Source: a bacterium (GTDB lineage Bacteria > Zhuqueibacterota > Zhuqueibacteria > Zhuqueibacterales > Zhuqueibacteraceae). Taken from it: a DNA stretch of 27,995 nucleotides. The stretch covers positions 1-27,995 of the forward strand of contig JBIOXB010000095.1 in assembly GCA_044869275.1 (NCBI GenBank). Direction: 5' to 3'. The notes beneath the pieces are model-generated. The model had not been told where the DNA came from. It was given only the letters and a program-made list of their open reading frames with translations, and made no database searches. The position numbers and the translations under genes are program-made. Positions 18,462-26,728 of the stretch are shown in pieces. The stretch's first letter is position 1. Each line of letters opens with the position of its first letter.

Positions 18462-19757
18462 ATGAACTTCTCCGCGCAAAAGCTGTATGCTTTTTATGGC
18501 AAAGCCGCCGCTTTGATCGTACTCATATTGCTTTCTTCCTGCAGCGATCGTGAACGACAAAATCCCCTCGATCCCCAAAATCCCGACACGCAAGGCAAGC
18601 CAGTGGGATTGTCCGTCGTCTCCCTGCTCGACACCATACACGTGAGCTGGCAACCGATGCGGCTGCAGGATCTCACGGGATACCTGATTTACCGCCGGCT
18701 GGCCGGCGAGCCTGATTTTTCCCTGTTGGCCGAGGTGCCGGCGAGCGCCGATCACTATCAAGAGCTCTCCAACCGTTTCGGCGTACTGCACAGCTACCGC
18801 ATCGTCGCTCATGTGGGCGAGCTGACCTCTCCGCCTTCGGAGGAGGAGACCACCACCCCCGGCCCAACGGTGGCCTGGATTGCCGATTTGAATGATGGCT
18901 CACTGCTCAAGCTGACCCACGATGGCCGGCATGCATTGCTGCGCACGTTCGCTTTCCCCAGCCCGCTGCGTGTGAAAGTGGATGGCAAGCGCGGCAATGT
19001 GTGGGTGCTGGATGAACTCACCGGCAATTTCGGGCGTGTGAATCAGGCCGGTGGCGATCGGCAGATTTATGAAAGATTTGGGAAAGCGGTCGATCTGGCA
19101 TTGGACTATAGTGATGGCAGTATCTGGGTCGCAGATACACTTGGCAAGGGCCTGTGGCGATACGACGCCAGCGGCGTGCTTTTGGTGAAGAACGAATCTT
19201 TGTCCAAACTCGCGGCCCTGGCGATCAATCCATTTTATAGCGAGCTTTGGGCCATCACCCAGGACGGCCGCGAGCTGTTGAGAATCTCGAAGCAAGCGGT
19301 ATTGCTGCAGCGCGTGCCTTTGCCCGTGACTGTGGAGGACCGGCCCTTGGATCTCGGCGTTCATGCGGCCACGGGCACGGCCTGGCTGTCGCTGGGCAGG
19401 CGCGTGATGCGGCTGAATGCAGCAGGGGAAGTGCTCAGCACCTCGACGCATGCTTTTCGCCGGGCGCTGCGTTTGGCCGTCGATCAAAGTACCGCGGAAT
19501 GCTGGGTGATTGACGAATCCTTCGCCTTTCGTGATAGCCGCGTGTTCCGGCTCGATGCCCAGGGCGCGGTGCAGTTTCAGTTCGAGGGCTTTGACCGCCC
19601 GCAGAATTTAGCGGTCAATCCGTTCGACTCTTCCTGCTATATCGTGGACAGTCTGCGCAGCAGAATCGTGCGGATTTCAAAACAGGGAGAATTGCAGACT
19701 GTTTTTGCGGCTTTGATCACCCCGATTGACATCGACATCGTGAGTTTGGTGCCATGA
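18462..19757 (+). CDS. Lipoprotein with an FN3-like domain and an NHL-like beta-propeller
   Basis: Lipobox LSSC followed by RERQNPLDP; FN3-like segment (VSWQ...GYLIYRR...YRI); repeated blades such as VDGKRGNVWVLD, LDYSDGSIWVAD and VNPFDSSCYIVD. Confidence 0.8.
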   Translation: MNFSAQKLYAFYGKAAALIVLILLSSCSDRERQNPLDPQNPDTQGKPVGLSVVSLLDTIHVSWQPMRLQDLTGYLIYRRLAGEPDFSLLAEVPASADHYQELSNRFGVLHSYRIVAHVGELTSPPSEEETTTPGPTVAWIADLNDGSLLKLTHDGRHALLRTFAFPSPLRVKVDGKRGNVWVLDELTGNFGRVNQAGGDRQIYERFGKAVDLALDYSDGSIWVADTLGKGLWRYDASGVLLVKNESLSKLAALAINPFYSELWAITQDGRELLRISKQAVLLQRVPLPVTVEDRPLDLGVHAATGTAWLSLGRRVMRLNAAGEVLSTSTHAFRRALRLAVDQSTAECWVIDESFAFRDSRVFRLDAQGAVQFQFEGFDRPQNLAVNPFDSSCYIVDSLRSRIVRISKQGELQTVFAALITPIDIDIVSLVP

Positions 19758-20145
19758 ATTTTTTCCTTTGATATTTATTTAAATTGTTTATATTGCTCCA
19801 ACCCTCAAGCAAAATACCTACCCAAGATTGCATTGAGTTTGAACCCTGCGGCAGGTGTGCACGGATCGAGCGAGCCTCGCCTTGGTGAAATGAAACGCTG
19901 GCAAATCAGGAAGCGGCGTGCTAACCTGCCAGGCAGCACCGGAAGCTGCCTCGTGATCTCGAACGTATGATCATTTTATATGTTCAAGCCGGTTCGGCGC
20001 GATGACGGCGCATCATCATCTGAAGGGATGGCCAGCGGCCGGATGGAGTCTCGCAGTCTATGCTCTGGCGGGTACCGCGAAAACCGGCAAAACTATCGAA
20101 TCAGGAAAACCGCTCTGAGCTGAATATTCTGAAGGAGGTCTTTTC

Positions 20146-20499
20146 ATGAACGGGTTTGAAGTGATGCGCGACGAAAACGGCGAGGTGTCGGTGCTGCGCC
20201 TCAAAGGCTTCTTGGACGCGCATACCGCTTCTGATCTCGAACGCGCGATGCAAAAATTGCTCGATGACAAACGCTTCAAGATCATCGTGAGCTTCAAAGA
20301 TCTCACCTACATCAGCAGCGCCGGATTGGGCGTGTTCATGGGTTTTATCGAGGAAGTGCGCACCAACGGCGGCGACATCAAGCTCACCAATATGAGCCCC
20401 AAAATCTTTCGTGTTTTCGATTTGCTGGGATTTCCGACGCTCTACGAGATTCGCAACGAAGAGAGCCAAGCGCTCGCCAGTTTTCATAACCAAAAGTGA
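20146..20499 (+). CDS. rsbV: STAS-domain anti-sigma-factor antagonist (RsbV/SpoIIAA family)
   Basis: LKGFLDAHTA and YISSAGLG with the phospho-acceptor Ser; strong AAGGAGG ribosome-binding site. Confidence 0.92.
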   Translation: MNGFEVMRDENGEVSVLRLKGFLDAHTASDLERAMQKLLDDKRFKIIVSFKDLTYISSAGLGVFMGFIEEVRTNGGDIKLTNMSPKIFRVFDLLGFPTLYEIRNEESQALASFHNQK

Positions 20500-20963
20500 A
20501 GAACGCCGTGAATAATCTCAGAAAGAAGAAAAAGTACCACCTTCGCATTCCGAGCCAAACCGACAATCTGGAGATCATTCGCGAGTTCGTCAGCAAGATC
20601 GCCAGAAAAGTCGGGTTTCAAGATGAAGACACCGGCAAGATCGAGCTGGCGGTGGACGAAGCCTGCACCAACGTGATCGAGCATGCCTACGGCAAGGACG
20701 AGCGCAAAGTCATCGACATCGACGTACAAATCGAGCCCGACAAGTTCACCATCACCATTACCGATCAGGGCAAGGGGTTCGATCCGCATAAAATCAGAAA
20801 ACCCGTGATGAAAGACTATCTGGCCGAGATGCGCGTGGGCGGGCTGGGGATTTATCTCATGCAAACACTCATGGACGAGATCGATTTCGACATCAAGGGC
20901 GGGCGGGGCGGCAGAAAAAACCAAGTGCGAATGGTCAAGTATTTCGCCAACCAGCGCGACTAA
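20496..20963 (+). CDS. rsbW: Anti-sigma factor Ser/Thr kinase (RsbW/SpoIIAB family)
   Basis: ELAVDEACTNVIEHAY (N box), DQGKGFD (G1) and GGLGIYLM (G2). The GTG start overlaps the upstream stop (GTGA). Confidence 0.92.
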   Translation: MKNAVNNLRKKKKYHLRIPSQTDNLEIIREFVSKIARKVGFQDEDTGKIELAVDEACTNVIEHAYGKDERKVIDIDVQIEPDKFTITITDQGKGFDPHKIRKPVMKDYLAEMRVGGLGIYLMQTLMDEIDFDIKGGRGGRKNQVRMVKYFANQRD

Positions 20964-21010
20964 AGGCCCTTCCTTCCGGCGCGCACGTATTTCTGAACTC
21001 AAGATTCCTT

Positions 21011-22996
21011 ATGGCAAATCCAAAATCGAACAAACCGACGCGCGGCGCGCCGCCCACGGGATTGACCCGCGGCGAATCGCCGATGGAGGTGCGGCAGCGC
21101 ACCTATCCCATGCGGCAAAATACGCAGAATCGCGCGGGCCAGCGTGGCGGTGGGCACCGACACACGCCCGGCTATCAACCCCGGCCGCGCACCTATTCGC
21201 CGCGCACGCGCCAGCTCTCCCGTGAACTGGACGAGCGCTTGCTGGAATTGCAAGCCCTGTTCGACGTTTCCAAGACCCTCAATTCCTCTCTCCAACTCAA
21301 ACAAATCCTCGACACGCTGTTGCTCACCCCCATGGGCAAGATGATGATCGGCAAGGGCATGGTGTTGCTGGCGCGGGACGAGAAGCGTTTCGTCGTGGAG
21401 ACCTTGAAAGGCCTGCAGCAATCCAACATCGGCAAAGAGATCGAAATCGACTTGCCGCAGCCGGGCACCATTTTCCTGACGGAGACCGAAGGCGGAACGC
21501 CGCCGCCGAGCGGGGCGTGGGTCACATTCCTGGGCAAGCTGGGTCTGCAAATTCTGGTGCCAATCCTGAGCAACAACCGTTGCAAAGGCCTGATGGCATT
21601 CGGCGGCAAAATCAACAACCAGAATTATTCCACCAACGAGCTGGAATATTTGGGCTCGCTCACCAATCTCGCCGCCTCGGCGGTGGAGAACGGCCTCATC
21701 TTTCAGGAATTGCAGGACGTCAATCGCAAGCTCGACAAGAAAATTCAAGAGTTGAACACGCTGTTCGACATCGGCAAAGAGCTCAATTCCACGCTCGACA
21801 GTGAGAAGATTTGCAGCGTGCTCGCCTATGCTTTGATGGGCGAATTGATGATGCAGCGCTGTATCGTGCTCGCCGAGGAGAACGGCCGCTTCGTGCACCA
21901 GGTGGGTAAAGGCGGTGAAGCCGCGCTGTTTCAGAATGACGAATTCCTCGCCTGGCTGGCGCAGGTCAAAATGCCGGCGCTGCTCGAGCAATTGAACGGA
22001 AAGCTGCCCACGGATCATCCCGAGTGGCGGGAGCAATTGAAAATGGCCGGCGTCGCCGCGCTGGTGCCCATGCTGAGCCAGGACGTGGTCCGCGGCATGA
22101 TTCTATTCGGTGAAAAGATCAACAAAGGCGAATTCCAACCCGAGGAACTCGAATTTGCCGCCACCGTCGGCAACACCGCCATGATCTCGCTGGAAAACGC
22201 GCGGCTGTTCAAAGAGACTTTGGAAAAACAGAGGCTGGAAGAGGAACTGGCCATTGCGCGTGAGATTCAACAAAGGCTGCTGCCGAAAGAAGCGCCCAAG
22301 CTCAACAACTATGAAGTGGCCGCCCTGAATATTCCCACCCACAAGGTCGGCGGCGATTACTTCGACTATTTCCCCATCGATGCGCACCGGTACGTTTTGA
22401 CCATCGCCGATGTCTCAGGCAAAGGCGTGCCCGCGGCATTGCTGATGTCGAATTTGCACGCGACCTTGCACGCCATGATGTCCGCCGACGTACCCCTGGA
22501 ACAGATCGTCGCACGCATCAATAATTTTGTATACGCCAGCACCACCTACGACAAATTCATCACCTTTTTTGTGGGTGTGCTGGATATGGAAACAAATACC
22601 TTCACATATGTGAATGGCGGCCACAATCCGCCGTATTACTTTCATCCCGACCCGAACAGCGGCGAGCCTGTCCCGTTTCGCTTGCTCGAGCAGGGCGGCC
22701 TGCTGCTGGGCATGTTTCCCGGCGCGGCCTATCAAGTGGAAACGCTGCAGTTGCAGCCGGGCGATTGGATCGTGATGTATACCGACGGCGTGAGCGAAGC
22801 GATGCGCGCAGACGAAGCAGAGTTCAGCGAGAAGCGCATCGAAGCCGCGATTCATGCCCGCCTGGCGCAGCCTGCCTGCACGGCGAGCGCCATGATCGAC
22901 GCTATCAGTACCGCCGTGAAAAGCTTCACCGCCGGCCATGCGCAGAGTGACGACATCACGATGCTGGCATTGTATTATCACTCCGAGAATCCATAA
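21011..22996 (+). CDS. rsbU: GAF-GAF-PP2C (SpoIIE) protein phosphatase, RsbU-like
   Basis: Two GAF-like units ending in AVEN and SLENARL; AREIQQRLLP, VGGDYFD, ADVSGKG, YTDGVSE and QSDDIT. The start is uncertain. Confidence 0.9.
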   Translation: MANPKSNKPTRGAPPTGLTRGESPMEVRQRTYPMRQNTQNRAGQRGGGHRHTPGYQPRPRTYSPRTRQLSRELDERLLELQALFDVSKTLNSSLQLKQILDTLLLTPMGKMMIGKGMVLLARDEKRFVVETLKGLQQSNIGKEIEIDLPQPGTIFLTETEGGTPPPSGAWVTFLGKLGLQILVPILSNNRCKGLMAFGGKINNQNYSTNELEYLGSLTNLAASAVENGLIFQELQDVNRKLDKKIQELNTLFDIGKELNSTLDSEKICSVLAYALMGELMMQRCIVLAEENGRFVHQVGKGGEAALFQNDEFLAWLAQVKMPALLEQLNGKLPTDHPEWREQLKMAGVAALVPMLSQDVVRGMILFGEKINKGEFQPEELEFAATVGNTAMISLENARLFKETLEKQRLEEELAIAREIQQRLLPKEAPKLNNYEVAALNIPTHKVGGDYFDYFPIDAHRYVLTIADVSGKGVPAALLMSNLHATLHAMMSADVPLEQIVARINNFVYASTTYDKFITFFVGVLDMETNTFTYVNGGHNPPYYFHPDPNSGEPVPFRLLEQGGLLLGMFPGAAYQVETLQLQPGDWIVMYTDGVSEAMRADEAEFSEKRIEAAIHARLAQPACTASAMIDAISTAVKSFTAGHAQSDDITMLALYYHSENP

Positions 22997-23008
22997 TGTT
23001 CGAAGACC

Positions 23009-23046
23009 TTACACGTTACACGTAGCAGGTGTAAAGTGTAACGTGT
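23009..23046. repeat. Inverted heptamer array forming a hairpin
   Basis: ttacacg ttacacg tagcagg tgtaaag tgtaacg tgt. acacgttacac (23011-23021) is the exact reverse complement of gtgtaacgtgt (23036-23046). Confidence 0.75.
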
Positions 23047-23071
23047 TGTAATTCTTTTAATTCATCATCTC

Positions 23072-24214
23072 ATGTCCGATATCTTAGTTGTTGACGACGA
23101 ACAGGCGATTCGACACCTCCTTTCGGAAGTTCTTGCCAAAGACGGCCATCGCGTCGAATCCGCGGAAGATGGCGACGCCGCACTCGAAAAAATCACGCCC
23201 GCCGATTTCGATCTCGTGGTATCTGATTTGCACATGAAAGAGGTAGATGGTATTTCCGTTTTGCGTGCGGCCAAAAGCAAGAATCCCTACACCGAAGTCT
23301 TGATTCTCACCGGCCGCGGCACGGTCGCCTCCGCCGTCGAAGCCATGCGCCTGGGCGCATATGAATACCTCACCAAGCCCGTCGACCTGCAGGAGCTTCG
23401 CCTGAAAGTCAGACAGGTCTTGGAGCATCGCGCCATGCGCTTGCAGCTCGAAGCGCAGCGCCGCGAGATTCAAATGCACCAGGCCATGATCGCGCGCGAC
23501 CTCAAGCTCGCGGCGCAGGTGCAAATGAGCCTCGTGCCCCGGCCTTTGCAGCATGATCGTTTCGAAGTCGCCGTGCGCTACAAGCCCATGATCAGCGTGG
23601 GCGGCGATTTTTCGGATATTTTTGCGGACGGCGACAGCGTCACCCTCACGCTGGTCGATGTCACCGGCCACGGCATCACGGCCGCATTGCTGGTGAATCG
23701 CATGGCCAACGAGATTCGCCGCCTGGTGCGCGATCATCTCGAACCAGCGCTGGTGCTGCATCAATTCAACAATTTCATCTGCGATTCTTTTGCCGGCACC
23801 GGCATGTTTTTGACCATGTTCATTTGCAGATTCGACTTGTCGCGCGGTACGCTCACTTATGCCGGCAGCGCGCATCCCGCCGCGGTCATCTGGCGTGAGC
23901 AGAAATCGAAATTCGATAAGCTCGATTCACAAAATCCCATTATCGGCTTCGAGCCCGCCGCGCCTGAGTGTTTCTCGCAAAACCTCACCAAAATCTCTAG
24001 CGGCGACAAAATCGTCATGTACACCGACGGCATTGTCGAAGCGGAAAATGCCAGCGACCAGGCCTGGGGCTTGAGCGGCATGCTGCAAAGCTTCCGCGCC
24101 ACGACGTATGCTTCCGCCAATCAAATAGCGGAGACGTTGCTCAACGAACTGGAGCAATGGCGCCAGGGCCCGCTGCGGGATGATGTGTACTTGTTGGTGG
24201 CGGAGGTGAAGTGA
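23072..24214 (+). CDS. Response regulator receiver fused to a PP2C (SpoIIE) phosphatase, RsbY-like
   Basis: Receiver motifs VVDDE, VVSDLHM (phospho-Asp), LTG and TKP; PP2C motifs VGGDF, DVTGHG, YTDG and RDDV. Confidence 0.92.
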   Translation: MSDILVVDDEQAIRHLLSEVLAKDGHRVESAEDGDAALEKITPADFDLVVSDLHMKEVDGISVLRAAKSKNPYTEVLILTGRGTVASAVEAMRLGAYEYLTKPVDLQELRLKVRQVLEHRAMRLQLEAQRREIQMHQAMIARDLKLAAQVQMSLVPRPLQHDRFEVAVRYKPMISVGGDFSDIFADGDSVTLTLVDVTGHGITAALLVNRMANEIRRLVRDHLEPALVLHQFNNFICDSFAGTGMFLTMFICRFDLSRGTLTYAGSAHPAAVIWREQKSKFDKLDSQNPIIGFEPAAPECFSQNLTKISSGDKIVMYTDGIVEAENASDQAWGLSGMLQSFRATTYASANQIAETLLNELEQWRQGPLRDDVYLLVAEVK

Positions 24215-24216
24215 CG

Positions 24217-24265
24217 GTAGATCGAGGATGGTAGATTGTGGATTGTAGATCGTGGGTCGTGGATT
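24217..24265 (+). repeat. Degenerate heptamer tandem array (7 units), same family as 565-613
   Basis: gtagatc gaggatg gtagatt gtggatt gtagatc gtgggtc gtggatt, 2 nt after the stop at 24214. Confidence 0.85.
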
Positions 24266-24291
24266 CAGATCTGGTGTTGGCCCGGTTGTAT

Positions 24292-24450
24292 GTTCGCGTT
24301 TCGCGAGACGGCTTTCTGTCCAGCGGCAGTTTTTCCGCCGTTTGGGACGGCGAAGATGGCGATGGAAATTCTGTGCCTTCGGGAGTATATTTGTATCGAC
24401 TGGTTTCGAAGAATATTGTACACCAAAAGAAAACGATTTTGCTGAGATAG
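24292..24450 (+). pseudogene. Orphan 3' fragment of a FlgD-Ig/T9SS-type C-terminal domain
   Basis: VRVSRDGFLSSGSFSAVWDGEDGDGNSVPSGVYLYRL...KKTILLR* aligns by eye with the tail of the 5557-7953 protein. The YPNP half, a signal peptide and a credible start are absent. Confidence 0.75.
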
Positions 24451-24475
24451 AGCCACACAGCTTGGGAATTGCATC

Positions 24476-25171
24476 ATGACCCGTTTCCGGATTTCGAAAA
24501 CTTTCTTGGGAGTTCTGTTCTTCTCACTGTTTACCTCTCACCTGTTCGCCCAAACCACCCTCGGCATTTTGGATTTCGACAATAACAGCTTGACCGAGCG
24601 CGAGCGGCTGGAGCCTTTGCGCAAGGGCCTGGCGCAGATGCTGACCAGCGAGCTGAGCCAGTTGCAAGAGCTGCAGCTCGTCGAGCGCGCGGATTTGAAT
24701 CGTGTGATCGAAGAGATGAAGCTCGCGCAAGCCGGCATGATCGACGAAAAATCCGCGCAGCAAGTGGGCAAGCTCGTGGGCGCCCAGCATCTGTTGCTGG
24801 GAGGTTTCATTTATCTCCCCAATAAAAAAATCCGGCTCGATGTGCGCGTGGTCGAAGTGGAAACCGGCCGGACCTTGAAAGCCGGCGAGCGTACGGGCAA
24901 AGAAGAGCAGCTTTTTGACATGGTCAAGGAATTGAATCACAAACTGGTGAAAGATTTGGCGGTGCGCGTGTCGGCTGCGGAAACCGCCAAGCTGGAAGAC
25001 TTGCGTAATGTCAAGTTCCCGGCGGTCTTGCTGTACTCGCAAGGCGTGCAGCTTGAAGATCGCGGCGATTTCGGCAACGCCAGGAAAAAATACCGCGAGG
25101 CGGTTGCCGCCGATGCCAATTTTGTACAAGCCCAACAAAGACTGAGTGCTCTGGAGAAAACCAAGCCATGA
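24476..25171 (+). CDS. Exported CsgG/HfaB-like (TolB-N/FlgO-like fold) protein with a C-terminal TPR-like hairpin
   Basis: Signal peptide ending LFA-Q; LGILDFDN, LVERADLNRVIEE, GKLVGAQHLLLG and RVVEVETG. Confidence 0.85.
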   Translation: MTRFRISKTFLGVLFFSLFTSHLFAQTTLGILDFDNNSLTERERLEPLRKGLAQMLTSELSQLQELQLVERADLNRVIEEMKLAQAGMIDEKSAQQVGKLVGAQHLLLGGFIYLPNKKIRLDVRVVEVETGRTLKAGERTGKEEQLFDMVKELNHKLVKDLAVRVSAAETAKLEDLRNVKFPAVLLYSQGVQLEDRGDFGNARKKYREAVAADANFVQAQQRLSALEKTKP

Positions 25172-26673
25172 AGACCATCAGCGAACTGTTCCAAAACCTG
25201 GTTCTGTCCTCCCGAAAGTGTAGGGATCTTTCCAAGCGTATGCCGCGTCGCTTGAAATTCAAATTTTTCTCCAGCACTTGGGAAGATTCCTACGGAATGA
25301 CAGTGAGGGGTTGTTCGAAGATAGGCCTCAAGGGGTATATTGTGTTTTGTTTGCTCGCTTGGGCAAGTCTGCTCTTGTCCGCCTGCGCCTCTTCGCATCA
25401 AGCGCGCGGCTATCACGCTTTGGAGGGAAAGGATTATGATCGTGCGATCGCCGAACTGCGCGCCGCGATCAAACAGAATCCGCGCGACACCGAGGCGGTT
25501 CGCGACCTCGGCATTGTTCTCTGTGAAAAGAAAAACTACGAAAAAGCGATCGCCGTCTTGCTGGCAGCGCTGCGCCGCGATCCCGCCGACGGCTTGACGC
25601 GTCTGTATCTCGGGGAAGCTTTGGATCAATCCGGCAAGCTTAACGAAGCCATAGCTGTTTATCGCGACTACCCCAACGCGAGAGAGGGCGAAGCCCGAGG
25701 CGAGCTGCGCGCGCGCCTGGATTTTGCCGTCCAAGCCAAGTTGCAGGAACAAGCGCGGCAGGCTTTGGCCAATGAGCAAAGCCTCGCACCGCAATCCTTT
25801 CCAGAAAACTCCCTCGCTGTGCTCAACTTTCAACAATTGGGGGGATCGAGCGAATTTGCGCCTTTGTCGCGGGGACTGGCCGACATGGTGATCACCGATC
25901 TCAGTCAGGTTCGGGCACTGACCGTGGTCGAGCGCAGCCGCATGCAAACATTGATGAACGAAATGGGACTTGGGCAAAGCGGCTTGGTGGAAGAAACATC
26001 CGCGCCGCGGGTGGCGAATCTATTGGGCGCGAGAACGGTATTGCAGGGCAGTTTTCTCGATCTCAACAGCAAAGAAATTCGCTTGGACGCCAATCTCACT
26101 CAGGTGCAGACGCAACAATCAAAAGTCGTAGGCACGGCCACCGGCGAACTGGCGCGTTTTTTTCGCATGGAGAAAAACCTGGTGCTCCGGGTGTTGCAGC
26201 AAATGAACATTCGCCCGACGCCGGCGGAAGAGCAGGCGATCATGACGATTCCCACTGAAAACTTGCTGGCCTTCCTGGCCTATTGCCGCGGCTTGGAAGC
26301 ACGCGATCGCGGCGATTATGACAAAGCCGAGCAGGAATTTCGCGAAGCGGTTTCGCAGGATCAAAAATTCGCCCCGGCGCAAAGGCAATTGGATCAAACT
26401 CGCGGCATGCGCACGGCGCTTGCCCGGCGCAATCTGCCCACTTATCTCGCGTTGCGCCTTCCAAGTTTGGGCATGCCGAATCGCGGCGTGCGCATGGCGC
26501 AATCGGCGCAGCTGAGCAATCCCGCTTTCGGTTTTGTGAACCGCAACCGCCTCGCGGCGATGGCCGCACAGAATTTACCGGGCGGCAACACGGATTTGCG
26601 CAAGCCGCTGCTCGAAGCAGGCAACGATTTCGGCTTGGGCGGGGAAGTTATTTTCAATATTGAATTGCCGTAA
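25168..26673 (+). CDS. Lipoprotein with N-terminal TPR repeats and a CsgG/HfaB-like domain
   Basis: Lipobox LSAC; TPR helices; LAVLNF, GLADMVITDLSQV, VVERSRMQ and LLGARTVLQG. ATG 25168 overlaps the upstream stop; ATG 25297 is an alternative start. Confidence 0.85.
   Translation: MKTISELFQNLVLSSRKCRDLSKRMPRRLKFKFFSSTWEDSYGMTVRGCSKIGLKGYIVFCLLAWASLLLSACASSHQARGYHALEGKDYDRAIAELRAAIKQNPRDTEAVRDLGIVLCEKKNYEKAIAVLLAALRRDPADGLTRLYLGEALDQSGKLNEAIAVYRDYPNAREGEARGELRARLDFAVQAKLQEQARQALANEQSLAPQSFPENSLAVLNFQQLGGSSEFAPLSRGLADMVITDLSQVRALTVVERSRMQTLMNEMGLGQSGLVEETSAPRVANLLGARTVLQGSFLDLNSKEIRLDANLTQVQTQQSKVVGTATGELARFFRMEKNLVLRVLQQMNIRPTPAEEQAIMTIPTENLLAFLAYCRGLEARDRGDYDKAEQEFREAVSQDQKFAPAQRQLDQTRGMRTALARRNLPTYLALRLPSLGMPNRGVRMAQSAQLSNPAFGFVNRNRLAAMAAQNLPGGNTDLRKPLLEAGNDFGLGGEVIFNIELP
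25204..25303. repeat. Imperfect palindromic (REP/MITE-like) element inside the 5' end of the lipoprotein ORF
   Basis: Left arm ctgtcctcccg-aaagt-gtagggatctttccaagcg pairs with right arm cacttgggaagattcctacggaatgacag. Confidence 0.7.
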
Positions 26674-26728
26674 CGGACCGTATGCACTTTTGCAGAACTC
26701 TATGCCATATCACCACCTTGCCAATATC

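Noticed and set aside
24238..24450. Intact 70-aa small protein gene
   Set aside because: Its GTG start lies inside the heptamer array, and only the second half of a domain is encoded, so I treated it as a remnant.
24476..26673. Curli biogenesis operon
   Set aside because: No CsgA/B-like repeat proteins or CsgE/F are visible, and the CsgG-like domains appear to lack the pore-forming hairpins.
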